Counted from the first letter of the stretch, positions 51,363-62,380 are shown. The stretch: DNA of 64,000 nucleotides from Tubulanus polymorphus (GCF_964204645.1 NC_134032.1:4550175-4614174); one strand, 5' to 3'. A program made the numbers and translations. Notes: a model not told the origin generated them from the sequence alone.

Positions 51363-53075
51363 ATGTCCATCTCATCTTGCACTTCTTTGGCATGGCTGCA
51401 CAACAATTTTTACCAACTGGAGTCGCAGGAGGACATCGCCCACTGGAATCGCCCCTATATGGGGTTTATGTGCCCCGAACCCTACCTCCCCGATGATACA
51501 CTAAAGAGCTATCTAAGCAGAATTGGCAAGGGGCCCCTGCGAGTGGGCAGCAAGCCCCTTTACTATGCCCAGGTGCTTCTGCGCGATTCTGTCAAAATCC
51601 TTATCCAGGGCATTCACAGCCTCTTTATCATCAAGCCCGAAAAGATCAAAGCCTCAGCCTTTTCATTTCCCATGACGCTGTATGTCGACATCCCAAACAG
51701 TTACTCATCCCCGCCGCTGTATCAGGGCCCCATTATAGAAGTCCTGTATGATGGGCCGCTTGGGCATGGCACTGCTGTCTTTTATGGGTATGTGCAACAA
51801 TTTCACACCTTGTCTCTGTACAGCCCCAGGCAGTTTGCCAATTCGCTAGACTACTTAAGCCTCGAAGTCATGATTGAAATTATGATCTGGTATATGGGCC
51901 AAAACACATTTGTCGACCTAGACTGCAAGCAAGACAACTTCATATATACGCCGCAGGGGCCCATCTCAGTCGATATTGAATTTCTCGTCACATACGACTC
52001 CGACAAAGAACAAATTAATTGGCCCAAATTGTCAGAGGATTGCGAGTGCACCTCCTATGAGCTCTACACCCTCAAGCTCCTGCCCCTTTTGCGCCCCATG
52101 CTCGTGCAAACATCATCGCAACACTTATTATGGAAGAGCTACAAGCTATTCTCTTCATACTTCCTGATGGTCTCGCGCGCAGCCTACGCAGACCTCTCCC
52201 ATGTGGCCATGGGCCTGATCAAAAATCGCAGCGCGCAGGGACCCCTTCTCAATCTCATTGGCGCGCCCATGGACTTCGAGGTCGAAGAGGCAGGGCAGCT
52301 GCTCATCGTATTTATTCTGAACTACATGCCTATCTTGCCCATCATGAGCGAGGCGGTCATAGCATTTATGACAGATGATATGCCCCAATCGCCAATAAAG
52401 CCCGGCAGAGAGCACATCATTAGATACAAAAAGCAGGGGGAGTACATGCTGCTCCTTATGGCCAGTTTGATGGCCCCTGAGCCCCTCTATGAAGCGCGCC
52501 TAGATCAGGCAAGCGCCTTTATCTATGCAGACATTCGGCAGTGGGCGCAAGAGGAAGAAGGAAACAATGCGCCCAAAGAGCCGAGCAGCACCTCGCCGGC
52601 GCCATTGGCCCGCCCCGCTGGAATCTCAATCCTCCCAGAGGCCCTGATGCAGCCCGCAAAAAGTCCATTCAATCCAAGCCAGTTCGCATATGCGCAGCCC
52701 ATAGTGAGCCAATTTATGCGCTTCTTAAAAGGCGCGCTCGGAATCAGCGCTGGCACCATTTCTCGCAATGATCTGAAGTATCGATACAAAGCAGGCACAC
52801 CAAAGCTGTTTATGACCCATCTGCTAGAAAATCTAGTCAAGCGCCTGAGTTGCTCACCTGCCAATTTTGAGGAAAGGGTCAGCTTTTATAATCCATATGC
52901 TGTTCCTTTAGCTAAAAAAGGCGATCAGGTATTTTGCTTATTTTATAACTATATAGTCCTGCATGACGAAAAAAACTATAAATCTCCTCCTTGGGCATCT
53001 ATGATTCAGGTCTCTCAAAGTCCAGACGCCTGCCTTCGCGAATATATTAAAAGGATTCATCAGCGCCTTGAATGA
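51363..53075 (+). CDS. divergent protein kinase-like protein
   Basis: IGKG, VKI, catalytic loop DLDCKQDNF, VDIE. Confidence 0.6.
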   Translation: MSISSCTSLAWLHNNFYQLESQEDIAHWNRPYMGFMCPEPYLPDDTLKSYLSRIGKGPLRVGSKPLYYAQVLLRDSVKILIQGIHSLFIIKPEKIKASAFSFPMTLYVDIPNSYSSPPLYQGPIIEVLYDGPLGHGTAVFYGYVQQFHTLSLYSPRQFANSLDYLSLEVMIEIMIWYMGQNTFVDLDCKQDNFIYTPQGPISVDIEFLVTYDSDKEQINWPKLSEDCECTSYELYTLKLLPLLRPMLVQTSSQHLLWKSYKLFSSYFLMVSRAAYADLSHVAMGLIKNRSAQGPLLNLIGAPMDFEVEEAGQLLIVFILNYMPILPIMSEAVIAFMTDDMPQSPIKPGREHIIRYKKQGEYMLLLMASLMAPEPLYEARLDQASAFIYADIRQWAQEEEGNNAPKEPSSTSPAPLARPAGISILPEALMQPAKSPFNPSQFAYAQPIVSQFMRFLKGALGISAGTISRNDLKYRYKAGTPKLFMTHLLENLVKRLSCSPANFEERVSFYNPYAVPLAKKGDQVFCLFYNYIVLHDEKNYKSPPWASMIQVSQSPDACLREYIKRIHQRLE

Positions 53076-53260
53076 TGTCAGAGAACGGCAGCCAGGTCGC
53101 TGTGGGCGTCTTAATGATCTTTTGCATTCTTGCCGTCATTGTCGCCATCATCAAAATCGCCTATGACATCAACTTAAATGTGTTTGGCTATTCATTTGGG
53201 TTTCAAGATATGATACAAAACAGAAAGGCCGTGGGCGGGCTTATCGCCATTCCTGTTTAA
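53072..53260 (+). CDS. small membrane protein
   Basis: 62 aa, single TM, ATGA overlap with the kinase stop. Confidence 0.65.
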   Translation: MMSENGSQVAVGVLMIFCILAVIVAIIKIAYDINLNVFGYSFGFQDMIQNRKAVGGLIAIPV

Positions 53261-53356
53261 AGATGTATATTTTTTTTTGCTACCTGCGCAGGGCCCTGGG
53301 CGCCCCTCCCATTATGCCATAAAAAAAAGAATGGGCAATAAGATCGCAGCGGCCGC

Positions 53357-54580
53357 TCAAAGCGCGCTTTGGATTCGCACGATGTTCTCAGCCGCGGCTT
53401 GGAATGTAGAGAGCACCTGATCCCTTGGATCGTCGATGCTGATCGGGGCAGTATATAGCACATGCTGATTATACTGCAAGAACATCTTTTGCAGCTGAAA
53501 GAAATACGGATGATCAGTACTCTCAGGCGATGCTTCTTCCATTCCTGGGCCATATAGCAGCGTGCGAAAAAACTGATCATTGATATTTACAACCCCAGCG
53601 ACGGAATATGCCCGGGGGCTATATATTTCTTTCAAGTACAGCGGCGGCACCAGCAGCACAGGAGGGGCGCACCCAAGCTCCGGGCTTTGAGGATGGATGA
53701 GGCCCTGCGCATATTGATAAAAGTCCAAGAGCACTTGCGGGCAGGCCTTTAGCTTGCCGGCCTCTGCGGTAAAGTCCATGTGCTTCCATGCCTTTTCGCT
53801 ATATGGCGCCGACCACAGATGGGCCAAAATTTCATTGCCCCCTGAGTTGGGCGCTGTCTGCAAAAGATTGATCAACTTGCCAGCGGCGGCGCAGACGGGT
53901 GGGTAATATAAGATCATCTCGCCAAATTCAGAGGCCACTGATTTGCGATTTGCATTGGTGGGGACATATGGATAAAGAGCCAGCAAGATCGCGATGTAGT
54001 ATGAAATGGAATTGTGCACTAACTCCGCAGTATGGGCCACATCGCTATGAGCCGAGTCTCGCTGAATTAGGCAGCCCGACATGACATGATTGCAGCTGCG
54101 GGCCCAGTGCAGCGCCAATCGCAGGCGCTCTTCTCTCTGGCGATGGAGAAGCTCTGGTAGCACGAGCTTGGGGGGCTTGCTCACAATGGGCTGCGGGGCC
54201 TTTAAGGGCGCACTGCTAGTCGATGGCCTTGGGGGGCGTGGGCCGGCGGACGCTCGAGAGCGAGATGCAGTAGGAGTCAGGCGCTGCCCTTTGCAGGAAT
54301 GTGAAATTAAGGAATTGCTCTTTCGGCGAATAATAGGGGTTTGCAGGGCGACGCCGATGCTTGGTTGGGAGGCTGGGGGCGGCGCATAAGGCGAGGGGTC
54401 ATGGGCAGGCCTCCACACCTTTGAAGGCGCCTGAGAAAAGTCTATGGCACTCTGCTGCTCTGTTTCCGCGCTTAACGAGGCTGGCCAATCAGGCATGGAA
54501 TGTACATTGTCCTCTTGCTCTTGAAAGTTGGCAGACTGGGCTGGCACAAATGCGGGGGTGGCTTGTTTTCGGTGTACCAT
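53357..54580 (-). CDS. hypothetical protein, disordered N-terminus
   Basis: 407-aa ORF flanked by poly(T) tracts. Confidence 0.7.
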   Translation of the reverse strand: MVHRKQATPAFVPAQSANFQEQEDNVHSMPDWPASLSAETEQQSAIDFSQAPSKVWRPAHDPSPYAPPPASQPSIGVALQTPIIRRKSNSLISHSCKGQRLTPTASRSRASAGPRPPRPSTSSAPLKAPQPIVSKPPKLVLPELLHRQREERLRLALHWARSCNHVMSGCLIQRDSAHSDVAHTAELVHNSISYYIAILLALYPYVPTNANRKSVASEFGEMILYYPPVCAAAGKLINLLQTAPNSGGNEILAHLWSAPYSEKAWKHMDFTAEAGKLKACPQVLLDFYQYAQGLIHPQSPELGCAPPVLLVPPLYLKEIYSPRAYSVAGVVNINDQFFRTLLYGPGMEEASPESTDHPYFFQLQKMFLQYNQHVLYTAPISIDDPRDQVLSTFQAAAENIVRIQSAL

Positions 54581-54644
54581 GCTTTCTCAATAATGCCTGG
54601 CTTGTCTAAATTTGCAATAAAAAAAAAAGAAGAGGCGACTCGCA

Positions 54645-55337
54645 TTAAAACTTATATTTGGCAGAATCTTCGCACCGACTCAGGAGCCCTATAAACCGCA
54701 CTACAAATTTGGCCCTTAACTTTTGGGTTGACTGGACAATATTCACGCAGCGCACAGCCACGTTCGCCATAAATTCGCCCGCATAGGCGCCAATGTCTGC
54801 GGGATCTACCTGAAGAGGCGCCTTTAAAGGATCTATAGAATCTTCGATGGAGACATTTTTCCATTTGGATGGATCTTCTGCAAATTCTAGATTGTAAAAG
54901 ACGGCAGGGGCGTTCTGCAATTGGAGAAAGATCTCTGCTTCTCTGGTGCTGTGCTGCTTGACCAAAAAAGGGGTGAAGGCATATTTAATGAAAAAGGTTA
55001 AGGCGCCGAAAAACATATTTTGATGTGGCGATATGTTTAAAATGTGCATAAAGGGCCGACCGCTGCTGCCAAGGCGAATGGCTATATGAACATTTTCGTA
55101 CCTGCAGACGATTTCTGACTGCCTTTTAAAGGCGTCATAGATCTGAAGGCAAACGAAAGGCGTTTTAGGCACTGCATAACTGGTCGGCGTTATAGATATC
55201 ATTTGCTCGTGATGCAGCCCAAAGTCGAGCAGGGCGCGAAGATCTTCAGAGAAAGCCTCGTCATTTTTTGGGTGATAGGCGTTTTGGTTCCGAAACATCA
55301 CGAACTGGGCCTCCTTGTTCATATTCGCGAATGACAT
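54645..55337 (-). CDS. putative ssDNA-binding protein, CP312R-like
   Basis: Directly downstream of RPB10, as CP312R is of CP80R in ASFV; RYENVH, VDPADIG and NVAVRCVNI patterns. Confidence 0.45.
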   Translation of the reverse strand: MSFANMNKEAQFVMFRNQNAYHPKNDEAFSEDLRALLDFGLHHEQMISITPTSYAVPKTPFVCLQIYDAFKRQSEIVCRYENVHIAIRLGSSGRPFMHILNISPHQNMFFGALTFFIKYAFTPFLVKQHSTREAEIFLQLQNAPAVFYNLEFAEDPSKWKNVSIEDSIDPLKAPLQVDPADIGAYAGEFMANVAVRCVNIVQSTQKLRAKFVVRFIGLLSRCEDSAKYKF

Positions 55338-55575
55338 ATTGAGCGATAGATTTGGCAGCGATGTCAGTTTGGATGATACTAGGGGTACATCTCATATCTA
55401 TTTGGCACATAAACCCGATAGAAGTCAAATATTCAGTGCGGCAACATATGTTTAAAGACTTGGGCAGAATCTCCTCAGCAACGTCTTGCGTAGTCTTGCC
55501 TTTGATTTCATAAAGTTTCATGACCTTATCGCGATAAATCAGGTATTCGCCGCATGTGCAACATTGCATAATCAT
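55261..55575 (-). CDS. rpb10: RNA polymerase subunit RPB10 homolog
   Basis: CCTCGE..CCRTEYL zinc signature. Confidence 0.85.
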   Translation of the reverse strand: MIMQCCTCGEYLIYRDKVMKLYEIKGKTTQDVAEEILPKSLNICCRTEYLTSIGFMCQIDMRCTPSIIQTDIAAKSIAQYVIREYEQGGPVRDVSEPKRLSPKK

Positions 55576-55651
55576 CTTAATCAGCAATTACTAAATCATA
55601 TAAGCGCGCCAGTCCAGATTAGCCGAACCTGCGCATTGCTTGCTTTTTTTT

Positions 55652-57535
55652 TCACAAATGAAGGTCCACGCTGAGAGAGGGCCCGCCTTCGAAAAGGGCC
55701 TCAAAGATGGACTTGATGAGGAGCACTTTGTAGATTACGGCCAGGCCCTTACTTCTTACCGCCGTATGAAGGGGCAGCCGCCTCACTGAAAACCTGTTCT
55801 CTTGGTAGTGCCCGATGTTTTCAAGCTTGGTGCACACAGGCGAAACCATATCGAAGTCCTTTGCATTAGGGAATGTGTACGCGACGTGCTTTTGCGCTCC
55901 CTCGGTAGAACTCAAAAGGGCAGCGCCAAAGGGGATCCCACTAGTCTTGGTTAGAATCACAGGGCCCTCGAAGCCAAGGCGCGTGGTGAGGTTCCCTGCC
56001 CCATCGATGCGAGCCCAAGCAATGCCTGTATTGCTCATGTCTGTCAGGATCAAGGGCGCGGGACCCCCTGGGGCATTGACACAAATCGAAGAGCTGATGT
56101 TTCCTCGCAGGCCATAGCAAAAGCGCAGATTTGGAACGGCCGCGGGGTTTCCTATATACAGCTTCGTAATAGTCACTCGGGGCGCCAAGAAAATCGTAGT
56201 GCCATTCCTGATGGTGAAGATGTCAGGCGCAAATAGGGTCAGGGCCTGCGCCGACTGCGGGTTGGTGGCGCTAGCAATGGCGATTTCTGCGTCCACAAAG
56301 CTCGTGCCGTCCAAATAGATGTTGGGGTCTTTTATGACCGGCCTAGGGCGCCAGCACAAATGGGCATTCTGCCCCATGCTGCTGTAGTACACAGAATCAT
56401 CGGTCAGCATCGTCTTAAAGGGCTCTTTAGTGCCCGGCGCCATTATTTTAGCAAACATCCATCTCGTGAAATGGCTCTTGTCATGCGCAAGAGTAATCGA
56501 GGGCGCCTGAGTGGCATTTGCGCCCGGACTCCCCAATGTCTTCAAAAGGTCACGCAGGGACGTCTGGCCTGCCAAGAGCTCCTTTGAGTGCTGCGCTAAG
56601 TTCTTCTCAATGTCGCTTTGGATGATATTGCTAGTACTAAGGAGCGCGCGAATATCAGTCAGGGCCCCACACGATAAGGTGCCCGGCGCGTCCGTGGTCA
56701 TCGACTTAGTGCTATTGATCATGTGGCCATGGAGCTCTTCAACCCAATCATAGATCTGCTGCTCGAGGCTATGGTGCTGCGTGATTTTGTCGCTGACCGC
56801 CAGGATGCCCATGGTGATCATTTCGAGGGACTGGGTCGTATCATTGATCATGGCTGTGACCATGCGATGAAAGTGCGCCGGATTAGTGCCGTTCGCGCCA
56901 GTGGTGCAATTTTCGCCAGACAGCTGAATAAGCAGCTCGTGCATGACCAGCGCTTTGGTTTTAAGGGCCTTGAGGATTTGCATCTCTTCGCTCGCGCAGG
57001 TCTCATCGACAATGGGCGCCACTGTAGTCTCCATGACTGGGCCCCAGGGCTCTGGAGTGATTCCCATTAAGGCGCCGCAGGGCACATATCGGGGGCGCAC
57101 TGAATACGTAAACAGCACCCACAGCCGCGTGTTGGCCTGCACATTCGCCGTAAAGAAGCCATCCTTAAGGGCGTAATATGCCTCTTCGCGCGTCAGTGTA
57201 TATTCGCATGTATAGACCTTTGAGGTAGGGCTAGAGGCATAGGGGCCCTCGCCAAATCGAAAGCGGCAGGTGTCATAGATCGGCTTGCCCTGGGGGGTGG
57301 CTTGTATCTCAGTCCTGTACACTGTATAGTCTTGATTGTCTTCAAATTTCAAGGTCAGCGTGATCGCCTTGGTTGCGTGGGCGCTGCAATCAAAGATATT
57401 TGTCATGTTAGCCGCGTGGTTAAAAAGGATCCTGCGCGTAGAAATGCTGACAGAGGGGGCATGCCTCATTTTCGACTGATACAAGACGCCATGCATTAGC
57501 AGGGGGTACATGATATAGCCTAGTAAGATCGCCAT
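55652..57535 (-). CDS. putative secreted/surface glycoprotein
   Basis: Hydrophobic N-terminus, many NxS/T sequons, helical middle, beta-rich C-terminus. Confidence 0.6.
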   Translation of the reverse strand: MAILLGYIMYPLLMHGVLYQSKMRHAPSVSISTRRILFNHAANMTNIFDCSAHATKAITLTLKFEDNQDYTVYRTEIQATPQGKPIYDTCRFRFGEGPYASSPTSKVYTCEYTLTREEAYYALKDGFFTANVQANTRLWVLFTYSVRPRYVPCGALMGITPEPWGPVMETTVAPIVDETCASEEMQILKALKTKALVMHELLIQLSGENCTTGANGTNPAHFHRMVTAMINDTTQSLEMITMGILAVSDKITQHHSLEQQIYDWVEELHGHMINSTKSMTTDAPGTLSCGALTDIRALLSTSNIIQSDIEKNLAQHSKELLAGQTSLRDLLKTLGSPGANATQAPSITLAHDKSHFTRWMFAKIMAPGTKEPFKTMLTDDSVYYSSMGQNAHLCWRPRPVIKDPNIYLDGTSFVDAEIAIASATNPQSAQALTLFAPDIFTIRNGTTIFLAPRVTITKLYIGNPAAVPNLRFCYGLRGNISSSICVNAPGGPAPLILTDMSNTGIAWARIDGAGNLTTRLGFEGPVILTKTSGIPFGAALLSSTEGAQKHVAYTFPNAKDFDMVSPVCTKLENIGHYQENRFSVRRLPLHTAVRSKGLAVIYKVLLIKSIFEALFEGGPSLSVDLHL

Positions 57536-57599
57536 TGTGAATGGTCTCTACTATATAGCAAAAAAAAGTGCAGTTGTATATTTTAGTTCATATGCCAAG

Positions 57600-60500
57600 A
57601 TGACTCATTATCCGCACAAAATTCATTACATCAGCATGGGCCCTTCCACTGATTTTTCGCGCCTCTGCACTGCGAAGGTGCCCATCAATTCGCCTGTCGA
57701 GAATTTTTATTCGGTAAAAAATAATCAGGGGGTGTCTTCGCCCTTTATGGGCATTTCTAGCGGCGTCTCTAAATGCCTAACATGCCTTCAGAGCAATTAC
57801 AAACAGTGCCAAGGCCACATAGGCGTGGTCATCAACTCCCTGACATATATCAATCCTATTCTTTCGGATGCACTGACCACTTTGTCTACTCTGTCTTGCG
57901 GCAATTGCGGCCACATTGGGGCCTCAGTGACAAAAAAGGCCCAGCATCTAAAGAGCCGCTCCATCCATGAGATCACCTTGGCGCTCAAACTGATGAAAGC
58001 CACTACCTCGGCGCGCCAGCCCAAGACCTGCGAGAATTGTTTTATGCCCATGGTCCTGTATAAGCGGCGCCCCAATTGGCCGAGCTTGACGCAGACAGTC
58101 AAGGGCATCACTGGAGATATGATGTCGAGTGATTTGGATGCCCTGCGAAAAAAGCTCCAAAGCAACAAAAATTGGGAAAAGCTCTTTGGCCAGGATTCTT
58201 ATCAGCACTTGCTGGCCAGCATCTTTTCCAATATGATATTGATGGTGCCACCCTCAGATCTGCACACATACAAAAACATGAGCACCTCCATTCCGCAAAC
58301 ATGCATGTTAAAGGTGAATTACATTGCCCTGATCCGATTAAATAACCAATTTATGTCACCTACGCCCAATGACAAGGCCGCGATCCAGGACGAGCAAAGG
58401 ACACTAAATAAGCACTTCTACGATGTCTTGTCCATGATCTTTTCAAATAAGCAAGACCCCCCTCAGCGCGGCATGCAACACAAAAAGATAGGGCCGCAGC
58501 ACCTCTTAGACATTGGACAAAAAGATGGGCCCCTGCGCAAAAGCATGCTGGCCACGACCTCTGGCGCCTCAGGCCGCGAAGTAGCGTGCGCCAACTCTAA
58601 ACTCGGCTATAATGAAATTTCCATTTCGCAGTATGTCGCCAAATTAGTAAAGCGCGAATGCCATGTCAACCATGTAAACATCAATGCGATGAGGGCCCTC
58701 GACCGCACAAATGTGGATGGGTACCCGCGCCTGCACAAGATCTTCAGGCATGGCGTGTGGTATGATCGATCGCACCCTGACTTTGCCACCATAGACTTGG
58801 CTGTGGGCGACAAGATTCAGCGCGATACGATGAATGGAGACAACGTCACCGCATGGCGCCCGCCTACCCTCTTGCTCAGCAGCCACAACAATGCCAGCGT
58901 GGTCGTCCTGGACAACCCTGATAGCAAATCGGCAGGCGCAGAAGTCAATCCCACAACTATGTGCAATGCCCTGGTTGGCGACTTTGATGGCGATGCAATT
59001 TTCATTTGCTATGGGGCGCCCAGCACCGTGCACGGCGATGTCAAGATCCTGCTCGGCATGGACACGCGCTTACGAAACATTAAGAACTGCGACTTTGTGT
59101 TTTGCATCACTAACAATGCCATCACAGGATCGCTCCTCTGCACCTTAGACCCGCAGCCAATTAGCCCCGAGGCTATGCGCACCATCCTCGCCGACTTTTC
59201 CCTCGGGCCCGATGATCAGGCGCACTATTATCAGAAGTTCCTGACTACGCCGGGCACCACTGCGGATGCCATCTGCCTGTTTTTGCCAGAGAATTTGGAT
59301 TACGAGGGCAAGTGCCGCTTCGACGTCCCATGCGACTTTGTCGAGAACCCACTTCCTGACAAAATTGTGATCAAAAATGGTAGATATGTCAGCGGCGCCA
59401 TAACGCCCAGCATCATCGGCAAGGGCTCCACTAACACGATCTGGGATGTGCTGTATGCGTCGCATTCGTCAGGAGAGTGCATGAAGATTATTCACCGCTT
59501 TAGCCGCATGGCCGAGTGCGCCCTTTCCTACATTGGCTACACGAATGATTTTTGGTCAGTGGGGCCCAACAAAGAAATCGCCCAATCGGTGCGCCTAGAA
59601 GAAAGGGTCCTGCTTAAGAAATCGTCAAACCGCTGCAAAATCTTAGAAACCATTCAGTTCATGGATGAAGACACAGTGATGATCCCCTTTGTGAGCGAGG
59701 CCATGGCAGAGCTGACACCCGAAAAACACAAAGACATCATTTTGAATACTTATCCAGGCGGCACCAAGAACATGTCTCTCATGCTGATTGGCAGCGAGAA
59801 ACCCAAGTTTCCCCTTGTGGCGCAGGCCTGCGGCAATGGTGGGATGCTGTTTTTAAATGATAATCTCACGCGCATCCCTCGCAATCCGCGCCTCAATCCC
59901 TTTTCTAAAGACAACAGCACCGACATTCGCGACTATGGCTACATGCACCACACCTTTGCGAAGTCCATGCCGCTCAAGCAGATAGTTCTCCAATCAGCCG
60001 AGGCGCGCTTTGCCCTCATCGAGCGAAAGGTCGGAACGCAGGCGCCGGGCACCATCTCGCGCTATAAAAAAATAAACATGAGCCCCATTTGCAATCTGCC
60101 GTCGGGAATAATCATTGACACGCCCATTGACTCCCATCCGCGCATTATGAGCACCTGCTATGGCATGTCCGGAGGGCGCCCCGAGCTCATTCAGCTAATC
60201 AGCATCGATGACATCCTGCAGCGCCCGCCCGATCTGGTCGTGGGCCTGCTGCAAAGTAATGCGCCGGGCTCTGCGCAAGTGAGCGCGTATTTGATTCGGA
60301 TGTATGAAGAGTTCTTTGAGCACTGCTGCACCCAATTTAATCGCATGCACGACATGCCCTCAGAGACTAAGTATGGGCGCAATTTCGAGGTGCTGCTCAA
60401 CTTCTGGAATATTAAGTGGGACTTTGGCAAACTGCAGCCGCCGGGGCAGACCTCAGTAGACATTTATATGGGTTTCCTCCATGCACTGGCCTACATGCCC

Positions 60501-61760
60501 TTTGGCCTCGAGGCGCTCAAGGATGGCATGCCCCTGCCCCCTTACAGAAAAAATGCAATTGCCCCACTCTTTGTGTGCTTTTTGTCAGCGCTTCCGCTCG
60601 CAGTGGCCGAATGCGTAGAGCCCACCATTTTGAGCAGGCGCCTGAATGAGCTGTATGACCGCATCGCAGAGCGCCTTATTGCAGATTATTCTATGGTGGG
60701 GATGCTCAGCGCCTGCGCCCTCACCGAAGAAATGACACAGAATTCGCTCAATGCGCCCTCCACGAATAAGGGCGCCAAAGAAGAAATCGAGTACTTTAAG
60801 CGCATTATCGATACTGGTTTCCCTGCCGATAAATACGATACTGCCTTTTGTGAAATGGAGCAGATGGAGCAGAGCTATGCCGTCTATGTGTATACCACGC
60901 TAGGCCATTTAAATCCGCAGATCACTGTCTACATGGCGCTGCCTGAAGAGATTTTGGCCAATGACATCGTAGAAGAATTTGACAATATGATTTATGTTGT
61001 GTGCGACGTGCTGATTTCTACTATTCGCTCTTATGGGCTGTCGCCCATGCGATTTTTGCAATTGCTGCTCCTTAATAACAACAAGCGCATTGTCTTTATT
61101 GGCAGCGGCACACACAGTCTGCGCCTGCTGATTTACATTCCCTCAAACATTCCTTCCCGCAAAGAGATCGATAGTGGGCAGGCGCCCCTGGTCTACACCA
61201 TGATGCATCAATATATAGAAAAGGCCATCCAGAGCATCCACGTCTTTGGCGTCGAAGGGATTGCTAAAATTGAGCTCATCAGCTTCGAGCGGCTGAAGAT
61301 CGTAGACAATCAGATCGTGCGCCAAAAGGTCAAGGGGCTCAAGGTGCATAATAATGGGCTCAAGGCCCTGCTCTGCATCAAAAACATCGATATCTTTAAG
61401 GTCATCTATGAAAACCCCTCGGTTCATGAGCAGTACTTTGGCAAGATCAGCGCCATGAATACATTTGTGCACAATGCGCGCAATTTCTTTAAAGGGCAGA
61501 TCACTGCGCATGTATTTACGATTAGCGACTACTCATTCCGCAATGCCAAGTTTGTGCCGACCAATGAGTGGTTCGTGCAGAGCAACTTCCCAGAGCGCTT
61601 CCTCCAAAATGCGGCATTGTCGCGCCCCCAGCAAAAGATCATGTCTTCGGTCTTAAATGGCAATCGCGCCTATGTAGATGACCCCATTAGCTGCATGATA
61701 TTGGGCAGCAACATCCCATATGGGAGCTCTGCATACTGCATCGCCGACTATTTCTCATAA
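57600..61760 (+). CDS. rpb1: DNA-directed RNA polymerase largest subunit
   Basis: CLTC..CQGHIG clamp zinc site, RPPTL, GDFDGD, bridge helix GTQAPG, EEMTQNSLN, GSNIPYGS. Confidence 0.93.
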   Translation: MTHYPHKIHYISMGPSTDFSRLCTAKVPINSPVENFYSVKNNQGVSSPFMGISSGVSKCLTCLQSNYKQCQGHIGVVINSLTYINPILSDALTTLSTLSCGNCGHIGASVTKKAQHLKSRSIHEITLALKLMKATTSARQPKTCENCFMPMVLYKRRPNWPSLTQTVKGITGDMMSSDLDALRKKLQSNKNWEKLFGQDSYQHLLASIFSNMILMVPPSDLHTYKNMSTSIPQTCMLKVNYIALIRLNNQFMSPTPNDKAAIQDEQRTLNKHFYDVLSMIFSNKQDPPQRGMQHKKIGPQHLLDIGQKDGPLRKSMLATTSGASGREVACANSKLGYNEISISQYVAKLVKRECHVNHVNINAMRALDRTNVDGYPRLHKIFRHGVWYDRSHPDFATIDLAVGDKIQRDTMNGDNVTAWRPPTLLLSSHNNASVVVLDNPDSKSAGAEVNPTTMCNALVGDFDGDAIFICYGAPSTVHGDVKILLGMDTRLRNIKNCDFVFCITNNAITGSLLCTLDPQPISPEAMRTILADFSLGPDDQAHYYQKFLTTPGTTADAICLFLPENLDYEGKCRFDVPCDFVENPLPDKIVIKNGRYVSGAITPSIIGKGSTNTIWDVLYASHSSGECMKIIHRFSRMAECALSYIGYTNDFWSVGPNKEIAQSVRLEERVLLKKSSNRCKILETIQFMDEDTVMIPFVSEAMAELTPEKHKDIILNTYPGGTKNMSLMLIGSEKPKFPLVAQACGNGGMLFLNDNLTRIPRNPRLNPFSKDNSTDIRDYGYMHHTFAKSMPLKQIVLQSAEARFALIERKVGTQAPGTISRYKKINMSPICNLPSGIIIDTPIDSHPRIMSTCYGMSGGRPELIQLISIDDILQRPPDLVVGLLQSNAPGSAQVSAYLIRMYEEFFEHCCTQFNRMHDMPSETKYGRNFEVLLNFWNIKWDFGKLQPPGQTSVDIYMGFLHALAYMPFGLEALKDGMPLPPYRKNAIAPLFVCFLSALPLAVAECVEPTILSRRLNELYDRIAERLIADYSMVGMLSACALTEEMTQNSLNAPSTNKGAKEEIEYFKRIIDTGFPADKYDTAFCEMEQMEQSYAVYVYTTLGHLNPQITVYMALPEEILANDIVEEFDNMIYVVCDVLISTIRSYGLSPMRFLQLLLLNNNKRIVFIGSGTHSLRLLIYIPSNIPSRKEIDSGQAPLVYTMMHQYIEKAIQSIHVFGVEGIAKIELISFERLKIVDNQIVRQKVKGLKVHNNGLKALLCIKNIDIFKVIYENPSVHEQYFGKISAMNTFVHNARNFFKGQITAHVFTISDYSFRNAKFVPTNEWFVQSNFPERFLQNAALSRPQQKIMSSVLNGNRAYVDDPISCMILGSNIPYGSSAYCIADYFS

Positions 61761-62032
61761 GATCAGGCCCTCCTGCCCCCTCGCGCCTCGCGGCAACCAT
61801 ATTGTTTTTTTTTCACTCGCACGCGAAAACCCCTAAGCCGCCCCTTTGCGAATCTTTGTGAATGGCTGCGGGCGGCGGCGCAGAGAGCACAAGCAAGGGC
61901 CCCTGACGGATGCTTGGGAAGGGCACATTCTGCGCAGGACTGCCCTTTTAAACATAGTCTTAATCTGCGCTCATTGGCGAATTTGCTCGCGCGCGCCAAG
62001 AAAAAAAAAACATAATCAGGCACCCTAAGATA

Positions 62033-62380
62033 TTAATGCATCATGCTGTCCAGATCATTCTGGAGGTTTCGCGTGTGCAGGACTGATGTGTTTTGGTTAG
62101 ACCGGTGCCCTGCGTATGAATGCATGGCCACTCCTCTGTGCATGTTGGTGCTGTCGCGCTCGAGTGTCTCAATGTCCACAGAGGTGATCTGAGGAGGCGG
62201 ACTAAGGAGGTGATGGCTGTCTTGGGGCTGCCTTAGATTTTGCGGAGGCCTTTGAGATGGCGAATCAGTATAATTGTGGCGCATATAGCCCATCGCGAGG
62301 TTGGGCTTTCGGTTCAGGGCATCGAAATTGACCGGATGCTTCACAAACACATGCGTATTAGGAATTTCGGTAACTGACAT
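62033..62380 (-). CDS. hypothetical protein
   Basis: 115-aa ORF with poly(T) downstream. Confidence 0.55.
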   Translation of the reverse strand: MSVTEIPNTHVFVKHPVNFDALNRKPNLAMGYMRHNYTDSPSQRPPQNLRQPQDSHHLLSPPPQITSVDIETLERDSTNMHRGVAMHSYAGHRSNQNTSVLHTRNLQNDLDSMMH

